Virus record (IMG/VR): IMGVR_UViG_3300009504_000946
Location: 2,558-66,557 of that record
DNA: 64,000 nucleotides
Origin: a virus
Direction: 5' to 3' (one strand)
Shown piece by piece: positions 39,406 to 47,365 of the stretch. The position numbers and the translations under genes were made by a program. The number at the start of each line of letters is the position of its first letter. Position 1 is the first letter of the stretch. The notes below the pieces were generated by a model. It was not told where the DNA came from, made no database searches, and saw nothing but the letters and a program-made list of their open reading frames with translations.

Positions 39406-39729
39406 TTACTCGGAAACTTTTATAAATTCACCAGACTTAATTGCCTTTCCAATCCATCTGTTAAGCTCAGAACCTCTCATCTCCGCTGAGAAAGTTGTTG
39501 TCCCAAGGTCTGCAGACAATGTTGTAACTACATCTGGTTCCTTAACTTCTGCACCAACTTCTAAAGTTGATACATGATGTGTAACTTCAACGTCAATAGT
39601 CGAAATAGGAAATTGATAAACTCCACCTTCCAACTTTACAGTGTAATATAAATTACCACTCACATAGTGACTAAGCTTAGCCATCTCTTTGCTTTTAAAA
39701 AGCTCTTTTTTTACTTCTAACTCGTTCAT
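39406..39729 (-). CDS. Hypothetical protein
   Basis: ORF between tRNAs. Confidence 0.6.
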   Translation of the reverse strand: MNELEVKKELFKSKEMAKLSHYVSGNLYYTVKLEGGVYQFPISTIDVEVTHHVSTLEVGAEVKEPDVVTTLSADLGTTTFSAEMRGSELNRWIGKAIKSGEFIKVSE

Positions 39730-39745
39730 TTCTTATAAAGTTATG

Positions 39746-39818
39746 TAGGACTTACAGGGCTTGAACCTGCGACCTCTTGCATGTCATACAAGCGCTCTAC
39801 CAACTGAGCTAAAGTCCT
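39746..39818 (-). tRNA. tRNA-Val(GAC)
   Basis: CTTGT-ATGACAT-GCAAG; 5' end overlaps the leuS stop. Confidence 0.9.
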
Positions 39819-41098
39819 GTATTAAAATTTGGAGCAAAACACCTTACTATTTCTGTAAGTGCAGCAGCTGTGCTCCCTGTCAACTGCTTATTCTTATTTT
39901 TATTGTAGAATTCCATCAAAGTGCTTATTACCTTATTAAACTTGAAGGATTCTACATATCCATCAATAGTATATTGCAAATCAATTATATCTTTAGCGGT
40001 TACACCCTCACTTACACCCTCACTTACACCCTCAATCCATCTATTCCATTTACCTAAAGCCCTTCTTATTCCACTAATCTTTGAGTCATCCCAATCTCCG
40101 CCTTCGAAGTAGTGTCCAATGAACATCAAGTACATTCTCAACTCATCTGGGTCGTAGTCATCTGGGTTTACAACATTCCCAATTGACTTTGACATCTTGA
40201 CCCCATCTTTGGTAATCATTCCCTGGTGAATCAATTTCTTGAATGGTTCCTCACATGTAACAATTCCTTGGTCATACAAGAACATATTAATAAATCTTGC
40301 ATAAATCAAGTGCATGCATGCATGTTCATTTCCACCAACATACAAGTCCACTTGTTTGTATTCATCCTTAGGCAAAAACTCACTATCACTATCTGTCAAA
40401 TATCTCAAGTAGTAAAATGAGCTATCAACAAATGTATCCAAAGTATCAGTTTCTCCATCTACAGGAATTGGACATCCCCAACTCCTCTGTCTTGATACAC
40501 ACCAATCATTCAAATTCTCAAGCCAGTGTCTCTGTTGCTTCTTTGTCTTCTCTGGGTAGTCAATCCAATCCAAGTTTTTAATCAACCTGTCTTTATAATC
40601 TGTAATTTTAAAGAACCACTGATTCAACTCTCTTACCTCAACTTGCGACTTACATCTATCACACTTCTCCTCTTTTACCTGCTCATTTGCCAATACAGTT
40701 TCACAACTTGGGCAGTAATTTACTGGAGCAACTTTCTTATAAGCCAATCCAGCATCTTTCAACTTCAAGAACAACCACTGTGTCCATTTTTGATAGCTTG
40801 GGTCAGATGTAACCAATTTCTCTTCAAATTGAGTATTCATATTCTGCATCTGCCACCTAAATCTCTCAATGTTCTTATAGGTTATTCTCCTTGGGTCTCC
40901 ACCTTCTTTCTTGGCCTGGTTTTCTGCAGGCAATCCGAATGAGTCATATCCAAAAGGTTGGAACACGCTTATTCCTTTAAAATTTTTCCATCTGCAGTAA
41001 GAATCAATTACCGCATAATTGTAAGCATGTCCAACATGCAAACCATCACCTGAAGGATATGGAAACATTGTCAAGCAGTAAAAATCTTCCTCTTTCAT
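39809..41098 (-). CDS. leuS: Minimal leucyl-tRNA synthetase (no CP1 editing domain, no C-terminal domain), 429 aa
   Basis: MFPYPSGDGLHVGH, DSFGLPAEN, DWCVSRQRSWG, DTLDTFVDSS, GGNEHACMHLIYARF, KMSKSIGN; start MKEEDF. Confidence 0.92.
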   Translation of the reverse strand: MKEEDFYCLTMFPYPSGDGLHVGHAYNYAVIDSYCRWKNFKGISVFQPFGYDSFGLPAENQAKKEGGDPRRITYKNIERFRWQMQNMNTQFEEKLVTSDPSYQKWTQWLFLKLKDAGLAYKKVAPVNYCPSCETVLANEQVKEEKCDRCKSQVEVRELNQWFFKITDYKDRLIKNLDWIDYPEKTKKQQRHWLENLNDWCVSRQRSWGCPIPVDGETDTLDTFVDSSFYYLRYLTDSDSEFLPKDEYKQVDLYVGGNEHACMHLIYARFINMFLYDQGIVTCEEPFKKLIHQGMITKDGVKMSKSIGNVVNPDDYDPDELRMYLMFIGHYFEGGDWDDSKISGIRRALGKWNRWIEGVSEGVSEGVTAKDIIDLQYTIDGYVESFKFNKVISTLMEFYNKNKNKQLTGSTAAALTEIVRCFAPNFNTGL

Positions 41099-41108
41099 AA
41101 TCTTTTTT

Positions 41109-41251
41109 TTGCGCTTGCGCCAGTGAGCAAAGCGAGTTGTAGGACAGGAGGGACTCGAACCCCCGACATCTTGCATGTAAAACAAGCGCTCTACCAGCTG
41201 AGCTACTATCCTATTTTTATGCGCTTGCGCCAGTGAGCGAAGCGAGTTGTA
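41109..41251. repeat. ~32-bp direct repeat forming the 3' trailers of two tRNAs
   Basis: TGCGCTTGCGCCAGTGAGCRAAGCGAGTTGTA at ~41110 and ~41220. Confidence 0.8.
41140..41212 (-). tRNA. tRNA-Val(TAC)
   Basis: CTTGT-TTTACAT-GCAAG. Confidence 0.9.
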
Positions 41252-41323
41252 CCCTCTGTCAGATTCGAACTGACACTGTATGGCTTCTAAGGCCATCGCC
41301 TCTACCAATTGGGCTAAGAGGGC
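41250..41323 (-). tRNA. tRNA with Leu(TAG) anticodon and short V loop
   Basis: ATGGC-CTTAGAA-GCCAT; 5-nt variable loop ACAGT. Confidence 0.85.
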
Positions 41324-41376
41324 ATTTCTATTGTTGGCCAAATGTGGTATTTAACTTCTACATTTGGCCACTTTTG

Positions 41377-41451
41377 TACTCCCTGTTGGACTCGAACCAA
41401 CGACCCTTGCCTTGTAAGGGCAATGCTCTGAACCAACTGAGCTAAGGAAGC
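41377..41451 (-). tRNA. tRNA-Val(TAC)
   Basis: TTGCC-CTTACAA-GGCAA. Confidence 0.93.
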
Positions 41452-41478
41452 ATTCTAAATTTATAATTTCGTCTTCAG

Positions 41479-41564
41479 CTTGCCAAGCAGGACTTGAACC
41501 TGCACGCCCTATTACGGGCAGCCCTTCTTACAGAGCCCATGTCTACCAATTCCATCATTGGCTC
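41479..41564 (-). tRNA. Degenerate Leu-type tRNA (anticodon ambiguous, TAA or AAG)
   Basis: Leu-type D loop and V arm, intact T arm; only 5-bp acceptor; irregular loop TGTAAGAA. Confidence 0.5.
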
Positions 41565-41620
41565 GCCTTAGACCAGAACTTCATAGAGTTTGCAACCTCT
41601 TATTCATTCTGACAATTGTG

Positions 41621-41693
41621 TGGTGATGGAGGGAATTGAACCCCCGACACATGGATTTTCAGTCCATTGCTCTACCAACTGAGCTACATCACC
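41621..41693 (-). tRNA. tRNA-Phe(GAA)
   Basis: ATGGA-CTGAAAA-TCCAT. Confidence 0.93.
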
Positions 41694-41753
41694 ATAAATT
41701 CCGAAAGACTGGTAAGACCTGCAAGCTCGGAAAAACACCTGCAGGTGTCTATG

Positions 41754-41830
41754 TGGTACGGACGAGAGTCGAACTCGTGACCTCTGGGGTTTCAAGCCAG
41801 CGCTCTACCAAAAAACTGAGCTACCATACC
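41754..41830 (-). tRNA. tRNA-Phe(GAA), variant
   Basis: Loop TTGAAAC; C31:C39 mismatch; U-rich expanded D loop. Confidence 0.8.
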
Positions 41831-41832
41831 AT

Positions 41833-41972
41833 AAAATTTAGGGGAAAGTTTGAGAGAGTGTAAACCCCTGAAGGGGCTCGACAGGACTTGAACCTGTAAC
41901 AGTTTGTGTTTAAGACAAATGCGCTACCAATTGCGCAACGAAGTAACTCTTACTCATCACCACCTAAATTTT
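41833..41972 (-). ncRNA. Y-RNA-like RNA carrying a tRNA (TAA anticodon) D/anticodon/T module
   Basis: Outer stem AAATTTAGG/CCTAAATTT, internal loop TGGTGA/AACTTTCC, inner stem, TACTTCG, then tRNA arms with a broken acceptor. Confidence 0.55.
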
Positions 41973-41976
41973 TTTG

Positions 41977-42112
41977 TGGAGGGGGCTGGACTCGAACCAG
42001 CGACACGGTGCTTTCAATGCAAACGAAGTATCTCACATTCTCACCACTAACAAAAGGGAAAACGAAGTAAGGTTTTTTTTCTAACCTGCTCTACCAACTG
42101 AGCTACCCCTCC
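41977..42112 (-). ncRNA. Phe-like tRNA with a ~60-nt Y-RNA-like insertion in the anticodon arm
   Basis: Perfect acceptor GGAGGGG/CCCCTCC, D and T arms; insert carries the TTTTCC, TGGTGA and TACTTCG motifs. Confidence 0.6.
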
Positions 42113-42176
42113 AAAAATTTATTCTTAATATGTCAAATTTTCCTTTCGGAATTCCCTGGACGCTTCCAGTGGAAAC

Positions 42177-42206
42177 AAAAAAAGCCCGAACAGTAGTTCG
42201 GGCTTT
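42177..42206 (-). terminator. Attenuator terminator (Leu/Val/Phe leader)
   Basis: AAAGCCCGAAC-TACT-GTTCGGGCTTT plus T run. Confidence 0.88.
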
Positions 42207-42232
42207 CAAATATCTTTTATATGATTATAACA

Positions 42233-42334
42233 TCAACTTAAAGACATATTACGTCCGAACTCTTGTCTACTAAAGACAAATAGTAATTGCACTTGCAATA
42301 AGAGTTGACGTGATATGTTGTTAATGTTTTTCAT
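42233..42334 (-). CDS. Multi-codon attenuator leader peptide, 33 aa
   Basis: MKNINNISRQLLLQVQLLFVFSRQEFGRNMSLS*; AGTTCGG is complementary to the terminator 5' arm CCGAACT. Confidence 0.8.
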   Translation of the reverse strand: MKNINNISRQLLLQVQLLFVFSRQEFGRNMSLS

Positions 42335-42380
42335 TGTTATCTTTAAATATACAGAAAATTTATTTTTCCATTTTTAATTA

Positions 42381-42415
42381 TACGCAAATTTATAAATTAT
42401 GTTTCAATAATCCAA
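42381..42415 (-). promoter_or_regulatory. Overlapping ECF-type and Bacteroidota housekeeping promoters
   Basis: TGAAAC-N16-CGTA (42381-42406) and TTG-N20-TAAATTTG. Confidence 0.7.
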
Positions 42416-42495
42416 GGCTTTTTTTAATTATTTTTAATAATAATTTTTAAATAACTGATAATCAAATATTTATAATTAAAAATAATTTGAAAAAT

Positions 42496-42526
42496 AAAAA
42501 ACCTGAAGACTTTCTCCAGGTTTTTT
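42496..42526 (-). terminator. Intrinsic terminator
   Basis: AAAAAACCTGGAGA-loop-TCTTCAGGTTTTTT. Confidence 0.7.
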
Positions 42527-42530
42527 ATTT

Positions 42531-43292
42531 TTAGAACCACCACTTTCCATAGTGCTTGTGTCGATATTTGAACTCATGCTGGTCATCGCACCAATCATAA
42601 ATCCAACAACCCCAATCATCAGTAATGTCATCATACTTAGCAAAGGTAGCTCTCATATTTTTGCGAAGCGCATTCTTATTATAAGCTCTATCCCTTCTGT
42701 TTAAGCATTGTCTCCACCACTTTGAAGAACTGTGTCTTTCCCAGTACTTTCCTCTAACATCATAGAAGGTTGTCTCAAGTTGAGCATTAATTTCCGCTTC
42801 TTCTCTCAACAATTCTTCATCAATGACCTTGTAATGAGTCTTGTAGCTCTTTACAATCTTTCTCACAAGAAAGTGAGATGGGATGTTAACGGCATATACT
42901 GTGTATGATGCTCCCCCCCAGCGACTCTGCTTTTGATAAGAATAAAAAAACTTCTGAGCCCACGCACTAAGATTATCATATCGCTTTTGGTCAATTTCTC
43001 TTAGCCCTGGGTTAACATCAACCATTTTTTTACAAGAACGGTCCCATTCTTTGAAATTCTTATCCTTACACCAAACAGTTGTACCAAAGTTATCAAGAAT
43101 TTGCTGAAACTTATCAGCATCTTCTCTCCTTGCCACATCGTCTCTAAGGACCCAGTAGGAATCATACCCATGGTGGATTGGTTTTTCGAGAGGCTTGTAT
43201 CCGAGTTTCCTCTGTGCCTCCCAGTTAGCATCATGCTCTCTCATCTTACTGAGAAATGCCTTGTGCTTTTCTGCTTTCGCATTCCTTTTCAT
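42531..43292 (-). CDS. Basic hypothetical protein
   Basis: 253-aa K/R/W-rich ORF (WVLRDDVAR). Confidence 0.7.
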   Translation of the reverse strand: MKRNAKAEKHKAFLSKMREHDANWEAQRKLGYKPLEKPIHHGYDSYWVLRDDVARREDADKFQQILDNFGTTVWCKDKNFKEWDRSCKKMVDVNPGLREIDQKRYDNLSAWAQKFFYSYQKQSRWGGASYTVYAVNIPSHFLVRKIVKSYKTHYKVIDEELLREEAEINAQLETTFYDVRGKYWERHSSSKWWRQCLNRRDRAYNKNALRKNMRATFAKYDDITDDWGCWIYDWCDDQHEFKYRHKHYGKWWF

Positions 43293-43368
43293 GTTCTGTG
43301 TTTTTCTAAGTTAATACTTAGTACACAGAACCTTTTCTTGGAATTTGATATTTGATTTGATTCGTCAC
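43293..43368 (-). promoter_or_regulatory. uORF (43318-43368) ending inside a hairpin that abuts the downstream ATG
   Basis: GTG-start 16-codon ORF MTNQIKYQIPRKGSVY*; hairpin GTTCTGTGT-A-CTAAGT-ATTA-ACTTAG-AAAA-ACACAGAAC-ATG. Confidence 0.6.
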
Positions 43369-43379
43369 TTAACTATATA

Positions 43380-43405
43380 TACGTAAAAAAACAGAAAATG
43401 TTACT
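43380..43405 (-). promoter_or_regulatory. ECF-sigma-type promoter (variant)
   Basis: AGTAAC-N16-CGTATA. Confidence 0.65.
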
Positions 43406-43597
43406 TTATTCCAGATAAATATTATACTGACTTATCATTTTTTCATTAAGAGAGTATCCTTTCATGAGCCAAAAGTCAAATTCAAATTCTGTCTTAGATT
43501 CCGAAAGTCTAACCACAATTAAGTCCGCATAATACTGAGCCCACTTATGAATTATCATAAGCTTCCAAGCTTTGTATTTATTATAGTAATTTTTCAT
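43406..43597 (-). CDS. Hypothetical protein
   Basis: Packed ORF. Confidence 0.5.
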   Translation of the reverse strand: MKNYYNKYKAWKLMIIHKWAQYYADLIVVRLSESKTEFEFDFWLMKGYSLNEKMISQYNIYLE

Positions 43598-44192
43598 ATT
43601 TTTTTCTTAATTTATTTTCAATTTTTTTTGCTACATATGCACAGAACTCAGCTTGAAGGTCAATTGGAATATAATCTTCATAGTCTTTTTTTAAAAAATA
43701 TCCAAATTTTTTAAAATGACTATTTTTAAGTTCTCTATATGTTTTATGTGGCCTATTCATATGCCACTCATCCCCACTCTCTGGTAAAACAGTATCATAA
43801 AAATATACTATGGCAGACTCTTTTTTTTCTTTGATAGACATCCAAAGAACTGAATTAAATTCTTTTTTAATCATACCAAATATTTCTGGAACATGCTCAT
43901 GAGCATCTTCAAATCCTGAGATTATTCTTCTGATAATTGGAAAAATCACAATACCAAACTCATTGTCTTCATGAGTAATTTCTCCTGTCATTTTATACTG
44001 CATGTCACACATCTTTTCTTCAGACAAAAGGATGAGCGCTGCTATTTCAAAGCCAACAGCAACTTTTACAGCAACACCTGAATCAAGACCCTCAAGAAAC
44101 CCTAAGTTCATGTATCTAATTAAAATATGGTCTAAAGAATTTTTATCTCTATCTGAGATACCAATTAAACCGCTCCTAAAAAGTTCTGACAT
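43581..44192 (-). CDS. Hypothetical protein with T4 gp23-like capsid fragments
   Basis: LGFLEGL, FPIIRRI, IDLQAEFCAY. Confidence 0.55.
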   Translation of the reverse strand: MSELFRSGLIGISDRDKNSLDHILIRYMNLGFLEGLDSGVAVKVAVGFEIAALILLSEEKMCDMQYKMTGEITHEDNEFGIVIFPIIRRIISGFEDAHEHVPEIFGMIKKEFNSVLWMSIKEKKESAIVYFYDTVLPESGDEWHMNRPHKTYRELKNSHFKKFGYFLKKDYEDYIPIDLQAEFCAYVAKKIENKLRKKYEKLL

Positions 44193-44207
44193 GCTATTTA
44201 TTTTAAA

Positions 44208-44846
44208 TCATCTTGTTTCTTGAATTTGACCATCTCTATCTCCAGCATAGTACCAACTAATCGTCTTTGGCGGATTCATCACATGATATGTTGCAAGCGC
44301 CATTTGATTTGCGGCCTTATCATAAGGAATCCTCCCAGTTAAGGTTGCAAGCCCTGGAGTTACAAGGCAATTAATTCTCGTATCATCTGAGGCAATACCT
44401 GAGTCAACTAATTTATTATGAGACTGAACAGCAAGCAGGGCCGCCTTCATTGCTTTGTATGCATTATCACTTCCAGTTACTGACTGTGGAATTCTCATTG
44501 TCGGAGTGTGAGCGACATATTTATTTCTATCTCCTGGAATCTCATTTCCACGAACAATGATAGAAGTCCCAACTGGTTGCTCACCAGCAAACTCCTGAAT
44601 GATTCTACTTTGAACTCTGTGCATCATCTGAACGCCAAATAGGTCTGTGATACACTGGTCAACTCCACCATCCATGAGCCCAAAGCTATTTGCAGCACTA
44701 ACAACACAATCGAAGTCAACATCCTCAAACCTACCTTGATGACACTCTACTTCTGGACCAAATCCAGAAAATGCTCTTACAAACTCATTATATAGCTGTT
44801 CATCGAATCCAGCAAGAACCAGTTTAAATCCTAATCTATTTTCCAT
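44208..44846 (-). CDS. Macro domain (ADP-ribose/Appr-1''-p processing) protein
   Basis: VSAANSFGLMDGGVD, EQPVG, HTPTMR, PGLATLTG. Confidence 0.9.
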   Translation of the reverse strand: MENRLGFKLVLAGFDEQLYNEFVRAFSGFGPEVECHQGRFEDVDFDCVVSAANSFGLMDGGVDQCITDLFGVQMMHRVQSRIIQEFAGEQPVGTSIIVRGNEIPGDRNKYVAHTPTMRIPQSVTGSDNAYKAMKAALLAVQSHNKLVDSGIASDDTRINCLVTPGLATLTGRIPYDKAANQMALATYHVMNPPKTISWYYAGDRDGQIQETR

Positions 44847-44878
44847 ATTAAAATATACAAAACAAAATTAATAAAATC

Positions 44879-44911
44879 AAAAAACCCTTCAGATATTTCT
44901 GAAGGGCTTTT
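44879..44911 (-). terminator. Intrinsic terminator
   Basis: CCCTTCAGA-loop-TCTGAAGGG plus T run. Confidence 0.75.
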
Positions 44912-44959
44912 CTTTTTAGGGCCGAAGCATCCACCAATTCAAGTCCAAGGACCTGAATA

Positions 44960-47068
44960 TTATGACAATAACTCTGACAGATTTAACTGTTTGAAGCTAT
45001 TACTATCGTTTAGTGGCTTAAATACATAAGCACTTTTTTCGTCTTTAATTTCAATATCACTGTCATCATAAGTGATAACAACTCCATCTTCACTTTTTTG
45101 CACACCTTTAAATAAGTCGTATACACTTGGAAGTGAATTAAGGTACTCAACAAATGCTGGCATTGACTCTGCAAGAACTTTCTCATTCGCACTTGCAGTT
45201 CTCACATTTCCTCTAAAGTTTGCATCCATGTACACAAGAGTTCTATCCTTAATGTCAATGTATGCAATGTACTTTGTCAAAGAATCTCCCTCAAGTGGGA
45301 ATGCAAGTTGACATCTGCTTGGCTCAAACAACTTACCCTTTTGTTTTTCTTCACCCCACTGAAGTGCAGCAAATACATCTGTTGCTTGACTGAATTTAAC
45401 TCCAGAATAGCAAAGGATGTTCCACACGGCATATCTCACACCTGCCTCAGCAAGTTTATCAAGATAAAGGTCAATCATCTGACATGCCTTACCACTCATC
45501 TCCTTAGAGTTGGTTGGGTCACCAGAGAAAATTGCTGAGTTATATGCAAATGGGTTTCTATCCCATGAGCAAGTTCCCTTCACCTCCCAGTTCTCACCAA
45601 AGAAATTCCATCCATTATCAAACCAAGTGTTACCATTTGATTTATTCTCCCAGTAACTTGCAGTCCTAATGAACTTAACGTTATCTGGAATTGGGAAGAC
45701 AGTTCCTCTTCCATAGGGAGCAAGCTCTGAACCATTTGTCTGAAGCTTAACAAAATCAGCACTATCTTGAAGGTTCACTGAACCAACGATTGCGCCAACT
45801 CTTGTTGCAACTTCATTTCTAATCGCTGAAAGTAAGTTTTTCTTAATGTCAAGAGGCATCTTGGCACTGCTCTCAAGAACTTGAAGCTTTGTCCAATTTC
45901 CCTTAGGAGCAACAGTCGAATATATTCTTACATTTGCACTCTCAACATATTTTTCTATTTTTAGAAGTTGAGCCACAGTAAGCTTATCAAGAATGGAGAC
46001 AAATGCATCTGCACCTTTTTTATCAAATACAGAAATGACCTTATTAAGTCTTCTCATAAACTCACCTGGTCTTGACTTAAGTAGGTCAAGAACTGAGTCA
46101 AGCTTATTTAATATTCCAGATTCAACTTGACTATTAAATGTAATTATTTTTCCATTGTAAAGAGCATTATATGCCTCACAAACTCCTGGGAACTGATTTG
46201 CATAGTCACCTGGGTGAAGAGCATACATAAGCCTTTTCCACTTGCCCTTGTATCTCATCATATCTTCAGCAAGATTTGTTGATGACTCCATCATTGCAAG
46301 CAACTGCTTCCTCTCACTTCTTGAGAATTTCTTGAACTTTGTCTTTGTAACAAAAGAAACGTCTCCATCAGAAAGTCCAGTGGCCAACCTAAGGATGTCT
46401 GTTGCTGAATTTAACTTAATCTCAATACCTTCTTCGAAGATAGCAGAAACAAGCTTAACCATATTTTCCTTAAATGGAATCTTCGTAATGTCCACAGAAA
46501 GGCTCTCTTGAGTAACAAGAAGATAAACACTATCATATTGAATTGGTGTCCACTTTGCAGGAGACTTCAATAGCGTATTTAAAACATTTTGGATTGACCC
46601 ATTTTTTACAAGGTGAAGCACTTTTAGATTAATACTCTCAAGTATTGACTCTCTGACCTCTTCTTGCTCAGTAAAATACTCATTTGGAACACCCCAATAC
46701 ATACAGATTTGATTAAACCAATATTGAGCCTGAGACATATCAAGTACCTCTTGTGGGAAATTCTTGTAGACAACAAACTTATCCATGTTTTTGCTATCAC
46801 CAGTATATTCCTTAAGGGTTGGCTCAAATCTTTTCCACCACTCCTTCAGAGAAGATTCATCAAGAGATGTAAGTACATCAAACGCCTCCTTAGAAAGCGT
46901 GAAACCATAATACACAAGATTTGCCACAATTGTAGCCAACATGTTTTTTGATGCTGGCCTTTGAGTATCCATTGATTGGATTTCAACCAGATTATTATCA
47001 ATTAAAATGAAATCTTTGTTTACATTCAATTTAACTCTTGGCTTTTTTGCTGTTGCAGTTCTTGTCAT
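44960..47068 (-). CDS. Large helical protein with C-terminal TerD-like domain (possible Ro/ROT-related RNA-binding protein)
   Basis: ATDILRLA..LSDGD, RPGEFMRRL, FSGDPTN..ACQMIDL..RYAVWN. Confidence 0.65.
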   Translation of the reverse strand: MTRTATAKKPRVKLNVNKDFILIDNNLVEIQSMDTQRPASKNMLATIVANLVYYGFTLSKEAFDVLTSLDESSLKEWWKRFEPTLKEYTGDSKNMDKFVVYKNFPQEVLDMSQAQYWFNQICMYWGVPNEYFTEQEEVRESILESINLKVLHLVKNGSIQNVLNTLLKSPAKWTPIQYDSVYLLVTQESLSVDITKIPFKENMVKLVSAIFEEGIEIKLNSATDILRLATGLSDGDVSFVTKTKFKKFSRSERKQLLAMMESSTNLAEDMMRYKGKWKRLMYALHPGDYANQFPGVCEAYNALYNGKIITFNSQVESGILNKLDSVLDLLKSRPGEFMRRLNKVISVFDKKGADAFVSILDKLTVAQLLKIEKYVESANVRIYSTVAPKGNWTKLQVLESSAKMPLDIKKNLLSAIRNEVATRVGAIVGSVNLQDSADFVKLQTNGSELAPYGRGTVFPIPDNVKFIRTASYWENKSNGNTWFDNGWNFFGENWEVKGTCSWDRNPFAYNSAIFSGDPTNSKEMSGKACQMIDLYLDKLAEAGVRYAVWNILCYSGVKFSQATDVFAALQWGEEKQKGKLFEPSRCQLAFPLEGDSLTKYIAYIDIKDRTLVYMDANFRGNVRTASANEKVLAESMPAFVEYLNSLPSVYDLFKGVQKSEDGVVITYDDSDIEIKDEKSAYVFKPLNDSNSFKQLNLSELLS

Positions 47069-47085
47069 GATTTTAAAATTAAAAA

Positions 47086-47351
47086 AAGGGAAAGTAATAA
47101 AGCTGGTTTTACGTGAGCATCGGGTTTCCCCGATAATTTTTTAGAAGGAAGCTTTATAAGTGGCCCTTAATATTTTGTTTTTATAAGTTCGTAAAAAAAG
47201 AAGAAAGTAAAAGCGCTGGTTACATTACAAGTTTAGAAGGAAGCGCCCTTGTAGCCTCTTATTTTTTAAGTGTCTTTAATAAAAAAAGGGAAAGTAGTTG
47301 AGCTGAGTTTCCATTAAAAGTAGTTTTAGAAGGAAGCTCAACAGTAGCCCT
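47086..47351 (-). ncRNA. Three tandem structured-RNA units (47086-47168, 47198-47260, 47287-47351)
   Basis: Consensus AG(G/A)G(G)CYAC-stem-TCCTTCTAAA-variable-stem-TACTTTC(C/T); stem sequences differ between copies but keep pairing. Confidence 0.7.
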
Positions 47352-47365
47352 CGTTTTTTTATTTA

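Noticed and set aside
40000-40034. 12-bp tandem repeat (EGVS x3) in leuS
   Set aside because: In-frame slippage in a probable variable loop, with no sign of function
41099-41341. 81-aa N-terminal extension of LeuRS in the ORF track (similar extensions at 38307-38399 and 39127-39162)
   Set aside because: They overlap tRNA genes; downstream ATGs give canonical starts
41604-41863. Short ORFs across the Phe tRNAs
   Set aside because: Fully explained by tRNA genes
47086-47351. Possible CRISPR array or simple terminators
   Set aside because: Units share only short motifs with covarying stems and variable lengths, which fits structured RNA better
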